64,000 nucleotides of DNA from assembly GCA_033722155.1 (NCBI GenBank), contig JAWVZN010000001.1:29450-93449 (forward strand), read 5' to 3'. This DNA comes from Gemmatimonadota bacterium. Lineage in GTDB: Bacteria; Gemmatimonadota; Gemmatimonadetes; JACCXV01; JAHWKZ01. The position numbers and the translations under genes are program-made. The notes under the pieces were generated by a model. That model saw only the letters and a program-made list of their open reading frames with translations, was not told where the DNA came from and did not search any database. Below, one piece after another: positions 41,255 through 50,297 of this stretch; within the stretch, counting starts at the first letter, position 1; each line of letters starts with the position of its first letter.

Positions 41255-42442
41255 TCACGCCCCCGCGGGCTCGGTGTCGCGCCCGATCCACGGGATCCAG
41301 CCGAACGCCCGGCGCAGGCCGGAGCGCACGATCTCACGCTGCAGCCGCCGGCGCAGCGTGACGTACGACTGGCGTCCCATCACGACGTCCGCCAGCACTC
41401 TCCGGATCGCGGCGCTCCCGTTCCCGTACCGGATCACCCGCTCGATGAAGCGGGGGCGGTAGTAGAGGTGGACCAGCTCGCTCGCCTTCCGGAGCTCGTC
41501 ACCGAACTCCTCCCGCCACTCGTGGTCGTAGCTGTCCGGAGCGCCCGCCGCCAGCGCGCGGCCCCACGCCCGGGCGCTCTTCAGCGCGTAGTAGATCCCC
41601 TCGCCGGTGATCGCGTCCACGAAGCCGCCGGCGTCGCCGACCAGCGCCCAATCCTCCCCACCCCGGTCCACCTCCCAGCAGACGGGATTCGTGATCGTGG
41701 GGATGAACGCGCCGTACCCCTTTCCGGCCTCCGGATCGAGCTCGGGGTACTGCCGCTCGAGAAGATCCAGGAGCCGCTCGCGGGTCGCCGCCCCTTTCGT
41801 CTCCTCGCCCCCGTCCCCGCCCCACAGGCACAGCCCGATCGACAGGTGGTCCGGCCGGGGGAAGAACCACAGGTACCCCCGGGCGTCGGGGAAGAACTTC
41901 GTCTCGATCCGGTCGATCTCGGCGGGGATGAAGAAGCCGGCCGCGATCGACCTGCGATATCCCGGAAAGTCCGGCCGGAGCACCTCGCGGGTCTTTCCGG
42001 CCGCCCCGTCGGCGCCCACCAGGACGTCCACCTCGTAGATCTCGCCCTGGGCCTCGAGCCGCCATCCGCCGCCGTCGCGGTGCTCCAGGGACTGGACCTT
42101 CCGTCGGATGCGGCGCGCGCCGGACTCTTCGGCCCGATTCCGGATCGCCTCGTCGAGCTCTGCCCGCGCGAAGATCAGGGTCTCTCGGGGACAGGCGAAC
42201 TCCAGCTCCCTCCCCTCCGGAGAGCGGAACCGGAACTCGCGCACGGCCCGCCCCCTCGGGGCGATCTCCTCGATCCACGGGAAGTCGTCCCGGGCCTTCA
42301 CCGTCACCCCGCCGCCGCACGGCTTCTCCCACGGCGCGCGGTGGTCGAAGAGGAGGGACTCGTGGCCCTGCTCGGCCGCCCTCCACGCCGCGTAGGCCCC
42401 GGCGGGGCCCGCGCCGACGACCCCGATCCTCAGTCGCTCCAC
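41255..42442 (-). CDS. geranylgeranyl reductase family FAD-dependent oxidoreductase
   Basis: IGVVGAGPAGAYAAWRAAEQG (FAD GxGxxG) ...KPCGGGV (the family's PCGG motif) ...GDAGGFVDAITGEGIYYAL. GTG start at 42442 overlaps the MBL stop. The ORF-track N-terminal extension is an artefact. Confidence 0.75.
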   Translation of the reverse strand: MERLRIGVVGAGPAGAYAAWRAAEQGHESLLFDHRAPWEKPCGGGVTVKARDDFPWIEEIAPRGRAVREFRFRSPEGRELEFACPRETLIFARAELDEAIRNRAEESGARRIRRKVQSLEHRDGGGWRLEAQGEIYEVDVLVGADGAAGKTREVLRPDFPGYRRSIAAGFFIPAEIDRIETKFFPDARGYLWFFPRPDHLSIGLCLWGGDGGEETKGAATRERLLDLLERQYPELDPEAGKGYGAFIPTITNPVCWEVDRGGEDWALVGDAGGFVDAITGEGIYYALKSARAWGRALAAGAPDSYDHEWREEFGDELRKASELVHLYYRPRFIERVIRYGNGSAAIRRVLADVVMGRQSYVTLRRRLQREIVRSGLRRAFGWIPWIGRDTEPAGA

Positions 42443-43314
42443 GGGTCCCGCTCGGCGTCGGGCACGTAGCGGCCCTTGTCGTCGGGCCGCAGCCAGGCCA
42501 GCGGCCGCTCGGCATCGTGCACGAACGCGCACAGCCACTCCCGTTCGTGGATCTCCGGAAGCAGCCGTTGCTTCGTCTCCAGCGTGGTCACCGGGAAGAG
42601 ATCGTACGCCATGATCCACGGATCGGGCAGGTGGTGGGTGGTGGGGACGAGATCGCCGAGGAAGACCACCTTTCGGCCCGATCCGTCGTCGATCGCGTAC
42701 GCCAGGTGATTCACGGTGTGGCCGGGCGTGGCGATCGCCGAGATCCCGGGCGCGACCTCGTCGCCGTCCTCGACCCACTCCACCACCCCCGCCTCCTCAA
42801 GCGGGGCGAAGTTGCGCGCGAGATACGAGGCCTCGTTCCGCTCGTTGGGGTTCGTGGCCGCGTCGAATTCGCCGCGATTCACGAAGTAGGTGGCGTTCGG
42901 GAAGGTCGGGACCGCCGACTCGCCGCCGTCGTCCCACCGCGTGGCGCCGCCGGCGTGGTCGAAGTGGAGGTGGGTCAGCGCCACCCGGTCGATCCCCTCG
43001 GGCGCCACCCCGGCCTCCCCGAGGCGCGCCACCAGCCCACCGTCACGCTCGATCCCGTAGATCTCCCGGAACCGCTCGTCGTCCTTGCCCCCGCAGCCGG
43101 TCTCGATCACCGTGCGCCCGTCCGGACCCTCCACCAGCAGGCAGTTCATCCCGAGCCGGATCCGGTTCCGGTCGTCGGCGGGGAGCTTCTTCTCCCACAG
43201 GACCTTGGGCACCACGCCGAACATCGCCCCGCCGTCCAGCCGCTGCAGGCCGTCGGAGAGCACCGTGATCGTGCGCTCCCCCCACGGCAGCGGCGGCCAG
43301 GCGAGCCTCGTCAC
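42430..43314 (-). CDS. MBL-fold metallo-hydrolase
   Basis: [13 protein letters not shown] (the HxHxDH motif) ...[12 protein letters not shown]...[15 protein letters not shown] start at 43314 overlaps the upstream acyl-CoA dehydrogenase stop as GTGA. Confidence 0.8.
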   Translation of the reverse strand: MTRLAWPPLPWGERTITVLSDGLQRLDGGAMFGVVPKVLWEKKLPADDRNRIRLGMNCLLVEGPDGRTVIETGCGGKDDERFREIYGIERDGGLVARLGEAGVAPEGIDRVALTHLHFDHAGGATRWDDGGESAVPTFPNATYFVNRGEFDAATNPNERNEASYLARNFAPLEEAGVVEWVEDGDEVAPGISAIATPGHTVNHLAYAIDDGSGRKVVFLGDLVPTTHHLPDPWIMAYDLFPVTTLETKQRLLPEIHEREWLCAFVHDAERPLAWLRPDDKGRYVPDAERDPWSD

Positions 43315-44468
43315 CCGCCCCGCGCCTCCTCGAGGACCTCCCGCGCGATCACGATCCGGTGGATCTCGCTGGTGCCCTCCCCGATCTCGGTGATCTTCGC
43401 GTCCCGCATCATACGCTCCACCGGGTAGTCGACGGTGTAGCCGTTGCCGCCGTGGATCTGGACCGCCTCGATCGTGGTCCGCATGGCGAGCTCGGAGCAG
43501 AAGAGCTTGGCCTGGGCGGCCGCCAGCTTGTACGGCTCGCCGGCGTCCTTGAGCCGCGCGGCGTGGTAGGTGAGGTGGCGGCCGGCCTCGATCTCGGTCG
43601 CCATGTCCGCCAGCTTGAACTGGATCGCCTGGAAGTCGGCGATCGGGCGGCCGAACTGCTCGCGCTCGAGTGCGTACTCCCGGGCCGCGTCGTAGGCGCC
43701 CTCGGCGATTCCGAGCGCGTGGGCGGCGACGCCGATCCGGCCGCCGTCGAGCGTGTGGAGGGCCACGCCGAAGCCCTGCCCCTCGTCGGCCAGCCGGTTC
43801 TCGTCCGGCACGCGGACGTCCTCCAGCAGCAGCTCCCGGGTGTCGCTCGCCCGCCAGCCGAGCTTGTCCTCCTTCTTGCCGGTCTCCACGCCCTCCATCC
43901 CCCTCTCCAGGATGAAGGTCGTGATCCCGCGGCCTCCCGCCTGCGGATCGGTGACGGCCGCGACGACGAAGATCTCCCCCACACCGGCGTTGGTGATGAA
44001 CACCTTGGTGCCGTTCAAGATCCAGTGGTCCCCGTCGCGGACCGCGGCCGTGTCCATGTTCGCCGCGTCGGAGCCGGAGGAGGCCTCGGTGAGGCCGAAG
44101 GCGCCGAGCTTCTCGCCCTTCGCCAGCGGGGTGAGCCACCGCTCCTTCTGCTCGGGGGTGCCGAAGTCGTGGATCGGGGAGGCGCACAGCGAGGTGTGTG
44201 CGCCGACGGTGATCGAATGGGAGGCGTCGACCTTCGCCAGCTCCTCGACGACCAGGGCCGCTGCGAGCGCGTCGAAGCCGGCGCCGCCGTACTCCTCCGG
44301 GAAGGGGACCCCGAAGAGGCCGAGCTCGGCCATCTCGCCGACCGTCTCCCACGGGAACTCGCCGCTCTCGTCGTGCTCGGCGGCGATCGGGGCGATCCGC
44401 TCGCGGGCGAAGTCCCGCACGGTGTCGACGAGCATGCGGTGCTCGGGGGAGAGATCGAGGGGGGTCAC
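43311..44468 (-). CDS. acyl-CoA dehydrogenase
   Basis: [27 protein letters not shown]...[17 protein letters not shown]...[20 protein letters not shown]. Confidence 0.9.
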   Translation of the reverse strand: MTPLDLSPEHRMLVDTVRDFARERIAPIAAEHDESGEFPWETVGEMAELGLFGVPFPEEYGGAGFDALAAALVVEELAKVDASHSITVGAHTSLCASPIHDFGTPEQKERWLTPLAKGEKLGAFGLTEASSGSDAANMDTAAVRDGDHWILNGTKVFITNAGVGEIFVVAAVTDPQAGGRGITTFILERGMEGVETGKKEDKLGWRASDTRELLLEDVRVPDENRLADEGQGFGVALHTLDGGRIGVAAHALGIAEGAYDAAREYALEREQFGRPIADFQAIQFKLADMATEIEAGRHLTYHAARLKDAGEPYKLAAAQAKLFCSELAMRTTIEAVQIHGGNGYTVDYPVERMMRDAKITEIGEGTSEIHRIVIAREVLEEARGG

Positions 44469-44493
44469 GGAGGGCCGCCCGGACCGGGTGGCG

Positions 44494-44916
44494 CTACGCG
44501 CCGGCCCCGGCCGGCGAGCGGTTCTCTTCGTACCACTCGCGGATGTAATCGACGATCTCGCCGGTGGGGGTGCCGGGGCCGAAGAGCCGCCCGGTGCCCA
44601 TCTCCCGGAGCTCGGCCATGTCCTCCTTGGAGATGATCCCGCCGCCGGTCAGCAGCACGTCGTCCATCCCCTCCTCCTCCATCAACTCGAGGATCCGGGG
44701 AAAGAGCGTCATGTGGGCGCCCGAGAGGATCGACAGGGCCACCACGTCCACGTCCTCCTGAAGGGCCGTCTCGACGATCCGCTCGGGGGTCTGATGGAGC
44801 CCGGTGTAGATCACCTCCATGCCGGCGTCGCGGAGCGCCGCGGCCACCACCTTGGCCCCGCGGTCGTGGCCGTCGAGGCCCGGCTTTCCGACCAGGACCC
44901 GGATCTTCTCGTCCAT
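44494..44916 (-). CDS. cobalamin (B12)-binding domain protein; small subunit of an acyl-CoA mutase
   Basis: [39 protein letters not shown] (DxHxxG B12-binding) ...[11 protein letters not shown]... Confidence 0.85.
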   Translation of the reverse strand: MDEKIRVLVGKPGLDGHDRGAKVVAAALRDAGMEVIYTGLHQTPERIVETALQEDVDVVALSILSGAHMTLFPRILELMEEEGMDDVLLTGGGIISKEDMAELREMGTGRLFGPGTPTGEIVDYIREWYEENRSPAGAGA

Positions 44917-45015
44917 GCTCTCCTCTCCGCGAGGCTTCGCGACCGCCGGCCCGGTTTGCCACCGGGCTCTCCGGTCGAGAATCTATGCGCTCCCCGGAAC
45001 CCCAACAAACGAGGC

Positions 45016-46095
45016 GTGGCGATTCTCCTCTTCCTCGCAGGACTCCTCTTCCTGATCGTCGGCGCCGAAGCACTTGTGCGCGGCGCATCGCGCCTCGCGG
45101 CCCTTTTCGGCATATCGCCACTGGTCATCGGGCTGACGGTCGTGGCGTTCGGTACGAGCTCCCCCGAACTCGCGGTGAGCATCGAGTCCGCGCTTTCCGG
45201 CCAGGGGAGTATCGCCATGGGGAACGTCGTCGGAAGCAACATCTTCAATGTTCTCTTCATCCTGGGGCTTTCCGCGATGATCGTCCCGCTGGTCGCATCG
45301 CGGCAACTGGTGCGGCTCGATGTCCCCTTGATGATCGCTCTCTCGGTCGTTCTCCTGATCCTTTCGCTGGATGCGAGCCTGAGTCGTGCCGACGGCCTCG
45401 CGCTGTTCACGGGTCTCGTTCTCTATACGTCCTTCTCGATCCACCGGAGCCGAAGAGAGGCCGCCGGGGTGAAGCGGGAATACGCGAGGGAGTTCGGATT
45501 CGAGGGGGAGGGCTGGAGCCGCTGGATCGGGAATCCGCTCCTGATCCTCGGCGGCCTCGCCCTGCTGCTGATCGGCTCGAACTGGCTCGTCGACAGCGCG
45601 GAGTCCCTCGCCCGGTATCTGGGCGTGAGCGAACTGGTGATCGGATTGACGATCGTGGCTGCCGGCACGTCCCTGCCCGAGGTGGTCACCTCGATCGTCG
45701 CGGCGATCCGGGGCGAGCGCGACATCGCCGTCGGAAACGTCGTCGGCAGCAATCTCTTCAACATCATGGGTGTGCTGGGGGTCGCCGCCACCGTTTCTCC
45801 CACGGGCATCGCGGTGCCGGCCGCGATCACCCGATTCGACATGCCGGTCATGATCGCCGTGGCGGTGGCGTGTCTCCCCCTGTTTTTCACGGGTGGGGTG
45901 ATCAGCCGGAAGGAAGGCGCCTTGCTGCTGGGGTATTACGGGGCCTACACCCTGTACCTCGTCCTGGCGGCGTCCCACCACGATGCTCTGTCGGAGTTCG
46001 GCGCGGTCATGCTGTACTTCGTCGTCCCGCTCACGGTGATCACCATCATCGTAGTAGCGATGCGGGAAGTCCTGGCTCCGGATACGGACGGGTGA
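45016..46095 (+). CDS. Ca2+/Na+ antiporter (CaCA family, YrbG-like)
   Basis: VAILLFLAGLLFLIVGAEALVRGAS...GTSSPELAVSI (alpha-1 repeat) ...GTSLPEVVTSIVAA...GNVVGSNLFNI (alpha-2 repeat). The GTG at 45016 is chosen because the upstream part of the ORF-track frame is non-membrane G/R-rich sequence. Confidence 0.8.
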   Translation: MAILLFLAGLLFLIVGAEALVRGASRLAALFGISPLVIGLTVVAFGTSSPELAVSIESALSGQGSIAMGNVVGSNIFNVLFILGLSAMIVPLVASRQLVRLDVPLMIALSVVLLILSLDASLSRADGLALFTGLVLYTSFSIHRSRREAAGVKREYAREFGFEGEGWSRWIGNPLLILGGLALLLIGSNWLVDSAESLARYLGVSELVIGLTIVAAGTSLPEVVTSIVAAIRGERDIAVGNVVGSNLFNIMGVLGVAATVSPTGIAVPAAITRFDMPVMIAVAVACLPLFFTGGVISRKEGALLLGYYGAYTLYLVLAASHHDALSEFGAVMLYFVVPLTVITIIVVAMREVLAPDTDG

Positions 46096-46143
46096 CCGGC
46101 CGGCGCGATGGATCGAGACCGGGGCTTTCGATAGCTTTCCGGG

Positions 46144-47427
46144 GTGAGGTTCCTCTTCGTCTCCTACGACGCGCTGATCACGGACGTCGCCTGGCGGGTG
46201 GCGGAGGAGGGCCACGACGTGCGGTACTTCGTCGAGCACGCCGACGCCCGGTCGGTGGGCGACGGGTTCGTGCCCAAGACCGACGACTGGCGCTCCGACG
46301 TCGACTGGGCCGACGTGATCGTGTTCGACGACGTGCTCGGCCACGGCCGGGAGGCGCACCGGCTCCGCGAGGAGGGTCACCGGGTTGTCGGCGGGACCCC
46401 CTACACCGACCGGCTGGAGGACGACCGGGCGTTCGGCCAGACCGAGCTCAAATCCTTCGGCATCCCGATCATCCCGTTCGAGGAGTTCACCTCCTTCCGC
46501 GACGCGATCGAGTACGTCCGCGCCAATCCGGCCCGGTACGTCGTCAAGCCGAGCGGCGAGGCGCAGAACATCAAGCGGCTCCTCTTCGTCGGCGAGGAGG
46601 ACGACGGCACCGACGTGATCCACGTCCTCGAGTCGTACGAGAAGGTGTACGCCGACCGGGTGCGGGTCTTCCAGCTCCAGCGGCGGCGCCAGGGCGTCGA
46701 GGTGGCGGTCGGGGCGTTCTTCAACGGCCGGGAGTTTCTCACCCCCATCAACGTGAACTTCGAGCACAAGAAGCTGTTCCCCGGCAACATCGGGCCCTCG
46801 ACCGGGGAGATGGGGACGGCGATGTACTGGAGCGAGCCCAACCGGATCTTCAACCGGACCCTGAAGAGGATGGAGGGGAAGCTCCGGGAGGAGGGATACG
46901 CCGGCTACATCGACCTCAACTGCATCGTCAACGCGCAGGGGATCTATCCCCTGGAGTTCACCGCCCGCTTCGGTTACCCCACGATCTCGATCCAGCAGGA
47001 GGGACTCGTCACTCCGATCGGCGAGTTGCTGGCCGGCCTCGCCCGGGGCGAGTCGGTGGCGCTGAAGGCGAAGGCGGGGTTCCAGGTGGGCGTGCGGATC
47101 GTCGTGCCTCCCTTCCCGTACGACGACCCCCGGACCTTCGAGGTGAACTCCGAGGAGCGGATCGTCATCTTCCGCCGGCCCGACCGGGCGGGTGTCCACA
47201 TCGAGGACGTCAAGCGGGTCGAGGGCGAGTGGGTGATCACGGGGACGTCGGGGGTGATCCTGATCGTGGTGGGGACGGGGCCGACGATGCGTCAGGCGCA
47301 GGCGCAGGCGTACCACCGGATCAAGAACGTCATGATCCCCAACATGTACTACCGGACCGACATCGGCGACCGGTGGTACGAGGACCACGACCGGCTCCAC
47401 GTCTGGGGATACCTGCGCGAGACGTGA
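46144..47427 (+). CDS. ATP-grasp domain protein, PurD-like paralog
   Basis: A 427-aa protein whose layout parallels phosphoribosylamine-glycine ligase: RYVVKPSGEAQNIK...EGYAGYIDLNCIVNAQG...YYRTDIGDRW (compare PurD CRKDIGWR). It lacks the canonical PurD N-terminal GNGGREHA motif, so it is probably not PurD itself. Confidence 0.6.
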   Translation: MRFLFVSYDALITDVAWRVAEEGHDVRYFVEHADARSVGDGFVPKTDDWRSDVDWADVIVFDDVLGHGREAHRLREEGHRVVGGTPYTDRLEDDRAFGQTELKSFGIPIIPFEEFTSFRDAIEYVRANPARYVVKPSGEAQNIKRLLFVGEEDDGTDVIHVLESYEKVYADRVRVFQLQRRRQGVEVAVGAFFNGREFLTPINVNFEHKKLFPGNIGPSTGEMGTAMYWSEPNRIFNRTLKRMEGKLREEGYAGYIDLNCIVNAQGIYPLEFTARFGYPTISIQQEGLVTPIGELLAGLARGESVALKAKAGFQVGVRIVVPPFPYDDPRTFEVNSEERIVIFRRPDRAGVHIEDVKRVEGEWVITGTSGVILIVVGTGPTMRQAQAQAYHRIKNVMIPNMYYRTDIGDRWYEDHDRLHVWGYLRET

Positions 47428-47451
47428 GGAGCCGCGCGTCGGCCGGATCCG

Positions 47452-48168
47452 TCACCCTCCGCCGAGCGTCCCGGTGATCCCCGCCAGAAGGAGCCACGGC
47501 TCGACCAGCAGGTTCACGACGAAATGGCTCGCCACCACCGGCATGAGGCTGCGGTCGCTCGCCAGGTAGATCCCGCCGTACACCAGCCCCATGATCGCGG
47601 TGGAGACGACGGGGCCCGCGGCCGTGGCAGGATCGAAGCCCCCGCCGAGGCTCCCCCACGAGAGATGCGCCAGGCCGAACAGCACGCCCGCGGCCAGCAC
47701 CTGGAGGGTCCGCCCCACCCCGCCCCGGTCGAGCTCGTCCATCACGAAACCCCGGAACACCGCCTCCTCGACGACGCCCGCCGCGAAGGCCGTGAGGAGT
47801 GACAGGTACAGGTTGAACCAGCTCGGCTCGAACACGGGAGCCCGGCCCCGTAGCGCCCCTCCGAGGATCAGCAAGACCCACAGCGCCGTGAAGACGGCCG
47901 CTGCGATCCAGCCCCGGAGGGGGGCGGGCTTCCACCACCCCAGATCGGAGAGGGACCGCCTCTTCCACCGCAGATAGGCGATCAGCGCCACGAAGCCCGC
48001 CAGCAGGGCGAGGACCGACCTCGTCACGACGACGAACACCGTCTCCCGGGACCCGGCCGGCTCCACCGGGAGGAGGGCGCCCGCGCTCCACCCCACCACG
48101 TCGCCGACCAGCGTGAACCCGACCACGCCGAGAAGGACGATCGTCCAGGCCCGGGACCGGAAAGCCAT
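47452..48168 (-). CDS. CPBP family intramembrane glutamic endopeptidase (CAAX protease / Abi-like)
   Basis: Multi-TM protein with AGVVEEAVFRGFV (EExxxR motif) and LFGLAHLSWG (FxxxH) ...HFVVN (HxxxN/D). Confidence 0.8.
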   Translation of the reverse strand: MAFRSRAWTIVLLGVVGFTLVGDVVGWSAGALLPVEPAGSRETVFVVVTRSVLALLAGFVALIAYLRWKRRSLSDLGWWKPAPLRGWIAAAVFTALWVLLILGGALRGRAPVFEPSWFNLYLSLLTAFAAGVVEEAVFRGFVMDELDRGGVGRTLQVLAAGVLFGLAHLSWGSLGGGFDPATAAGPVVSTAIMGLVYGGIYLASDRSLMPVVASHFVVNLLVEPWLLLAGITGTLGGG

Positions 48169-48171
48169 CGA

Positions 48172-48417
48172 TCAGCCGAACAGATGGATCACCAGGAGCA
48201 CGATCCCGACGGCCATCGCCACGACCCCCGAGATCGAAAGCCACCGGTCCGATCCGGTCTCGCCGGATCGCCGTTGCCCCACGGTCTCCAGCGCGGCTCC
48301 CCCGCCGCAGAGGAGATAGCCGGTGCCCGCGAGGCCCTCGCCCCTCGCCAGCTCGACGGCACCGATCACCAGGAAGATGGCGGAGAAGACGATCATCCAG
48401 ATCCAGGACCGGTTCAT
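48172..48417 (-). CDS. small membrane protein (81 aa), hypothetical
   Basis: MNRSWIWMIVFSAIFLVIGAVELARGEGL...ISGVVAMAVGIVLLVIHLFG. It has two hydrophobic helices, a normal composition, and sits immediately upstream of the CPBP gene. Confidence 0.5.
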   Translation of the reverse strand: MNRSWIWMIVFSAIFLVIGAVELARGEGLAGTGYLLCGGGAALETVGQRRSGETGSDRWLSISGVVAMAVGIVLLVIHLFG

Positions 48418-48556
48418 GTCTCTTCTCCCTCGAGGTGCCGCGGGGAAATTCTCCGTCCGTACACGCGGAGCACCGTCTCTTCGGCGTATTGTAACCCCGG
48501 GACGGCCATGATGATCCGCCAGCTACGGGGCGAGAAGTCTGGGAAGGTGTTGCTGC

Positions 48557-48575
48557 ATATATCGGACCGATATAT
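48557..48575. promoter_or_regulatory. Perfect 9-1-9 palindrome ATATATCGG-A-CCGATATAT embedded in a sigma70-like promoter (TTGCTG-N17-TATACT). It is a putative PadR operator.
   Basis: Read directly at 48550-48578. The segment is AT-rich and uses rare codons if forced into the MMIRQL... frame, so it is very likely non-coding. It lies just upstream of the PadR GTG and divergent from the small-membrane/CPBP genes. Confidence 0.6.
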
Positions 48576-48585
48576 ACTTTTCGCC

Positions 48586-49149
48586 GTGACGAAACACGAC
48601 CGCAACCGCACCGAGTACGCCATCCTCGGGCTGCTCGCCCTGGGACCGAGGTCCGGCTACGACATCAAGAAGGAGGCCGAGGAGGTGCTGGGCCACTTCT
48701 GGCACGAGAGCTACGGCCACATCTATCCCACCCTGGGCCGCCTCCACGGAGACGGCCTCGTGGAGAAGCGGGTCGAGGTGCAGGAGGGGCGGCCGAACCG
48801 GAACGTGTACTCGATCACGACGGACGGGGAGGCGGAACTGAACGAATGGCTGACCGAGCCCGTGGAGCGAAGGCCGCCCAGGAACGAGCTGCTGCTCAAG
48901 GTGTTCTTCGGCCGGTTCAGCGGTCCCGAGGCGGTGCGATCGATCCTGGAGGATTACCGCGACCAGCAGGCGGAGGCGCTCGCGCGCCTGGAGACCGCCG
49001 TGGAGATGCTCGACGCCGGGGAGCGCGGGAACCCCTCCTACGCGTACTGGCGCATGACGGCCGAGCTCGGGCTCAGGGCGATGGCGGTCGTGGTGCAGTG
49101 GTGCGAGGACACGGCACGACTTCTCGAAGAGATGGAGGAAGAGGAATGA
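48586..49149 (+). CDS. PadR family transcriptional regulator
   Basis: TEYAILGLLALGPRSGYDIKKEAEEVLGHFWHESYGHIYPTLGRLHGDGLVE (PadR winged helix) plus a C-terminal dimerisation helix. The start is a GTG at 48586, or possibly the ATG at 48508 if the palindrome turns out to be coding. The stop overlaps the next gene's ATG as ATGA. Confidence 0.75.
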   Translation: MTKHDRNRTEYAILGLLALGPRSGYDIKKEAEEVLGHFWHESYGHIYPTLGRLHGDGLVEKRVEVQEGRPNRNVYSITTDGEAELNEWLTEPVERRPPRNELLLKVFFGRFSGPEAVRSILEDYRDQQAEALARLETAVEMLDAGERGNPSYAYWRMTAELGLRAMAVVVQWCEDTARLLEEMEEEE

Positions 49150-50288
49150 TCGACCGATTCACGACCGTGTGCGCCCTCGCGGGCCTCGCTCTCACCGCGA
49201 CCCTCGCCCCGGCTCGGCAGGCCACCGGCCCGCCGGACCCGGTGGCCCTCCAGGAGGCCCTCGAGACGGTGCGCGACTCCATGGAGGTGCGGGGGGTCTC
49301 CGCCGCGGTGATCCAGCCGGACGGCACCGTGTGGACCGGGCAGGCGGGCGAGTCCTTCCCGGACGCGTCCATCGAACCGGAGACCCTCTTCGACGCCGGC
49401 AGCGTGGGCAAGATGTTCACCGCGGCCGTGGTCCTGCAGCTCGCCGGGGAGGGTGCCGTGGATCTGGACGCCCCGATCGATCGCTGGCTTCCCGACGCCC
49501 CCCACGCCGAGCGGGTCACGCCCCGCATGCTGCTCACCCATACGAGCGGGTGGGCGGACGTGTGGGACGACCCCTCCTTCCTCCCGAGGCTCGTGAGCGC
49601 ACCCGCCAAGCGGTGGACCCCCGCCGAGATCCTGGCCGCCACGCCCCCGCCCGTCGCCGAGCCCGGTGCCCGGTGGGAGTACTCCTCCTCGGGATACGCC
49701 GCGCTCGGGGCCATCGCCGAGGCTGCAACCGGAGAGCCGTTCGGTACGCTCGTCCGGGAGCGCGTGATCGATCCGCTGGGACTCGAGCGCACCGTCCACG
49801 GCGCGTACGAGGAGCCGGCCCTCCCGGTGGCGCACGGATGGCTCGACATCGACGACGACGGCACGCCGGAGGACTTCACCGCACTCCTCCCGGCCACCGC
49901 CTGGAGGACCTCCGCCGGCCCGGCCGGTGCGATCCTCACGACCGCCGCCGATCTGGCGCGCTTCACCCGCGCGTTCCTGACCGGCGAGCTGCACGGCGAG
50001 GCGATGGCGCGGAGGATCGCTGAGGAGCGGGTGGCGCGTCCCGACGGCAATCGCCACGGTCTCGGGTTCCTCGAGATCGAGATCGCGGGTAAGAAGCTGG
50101 CGGGCCACCGGGGCAACTCCGCGGGCTACAGCGCCGCGGCCTGGCACGCTCCGGAGGCGGGGATCACCGTCGCCGTGCTCACCAACAAGCACGGCGTCCT
50201 CGTCACGCCGTTCGTCGAGGCGTTGCTGATGGCCGCGACCGGGCCCGGGGGGGCCGGCGCTCCCGCGGCAGGCGGTCCCTCGGGCTGA
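49146..50288 (+). CDS. serine hydrolase (beta-lactamase/transpeptidase-like family), secreted
   Basis: Signal peptide MIDRFTTVCALAGLALTATLAPARQA; FDAGSVGKMFTAAVVLQL (SxxK active site) ...YSSSGYAAL (YxN/SxN-like) ...HRGNSAGYSA. Confidence 0.8.
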   Translation: MIDRFTTVCALAGLALTATLAPARQATGPPDPVALQEALETVRDSMEVRGVSAAVIQPDGTVWTGQAGESFPDASIEPETLFDAGSVGKMFTAAVVLQLAGEGAVDLDAPIDRWLPDAPHAERVTPRMLLTHTSGWADVWDDPSFLPRLVSAPAKRWTPAEILAATPPPVAEPGARWEYSSSGYAALGAIAEAATGEPFGTLVRERVIDPLGLERTVHGAYEEPALPVAHGWLDIDDDGTPEDFTALLPATAWRTSAGPAGAILTTAADLARFTRAFLTGELHGEAMARRIAEERVARPDGNRHGLGFLEIEIAGKKLAGHRGNSAGYSAAAWHAPEAGITVAVLTNKHGVLVTPFVEALLMAATGPGGAGAPAAGGPSG

Positions 50289-50297
50289 CCGGCGCGA

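Noticed and set aside
43753-46095. The upstream 1.2 kb of the ORF-track frame that ends as the CaCA antiporter.
   Set aside because: The upstream part is non-membrane S/R/A-rich sequence antisense to the acyl-CoA dehydrogenase gene. Antiporter-like hydrophobic sequence begins only at the GTG at 45016.
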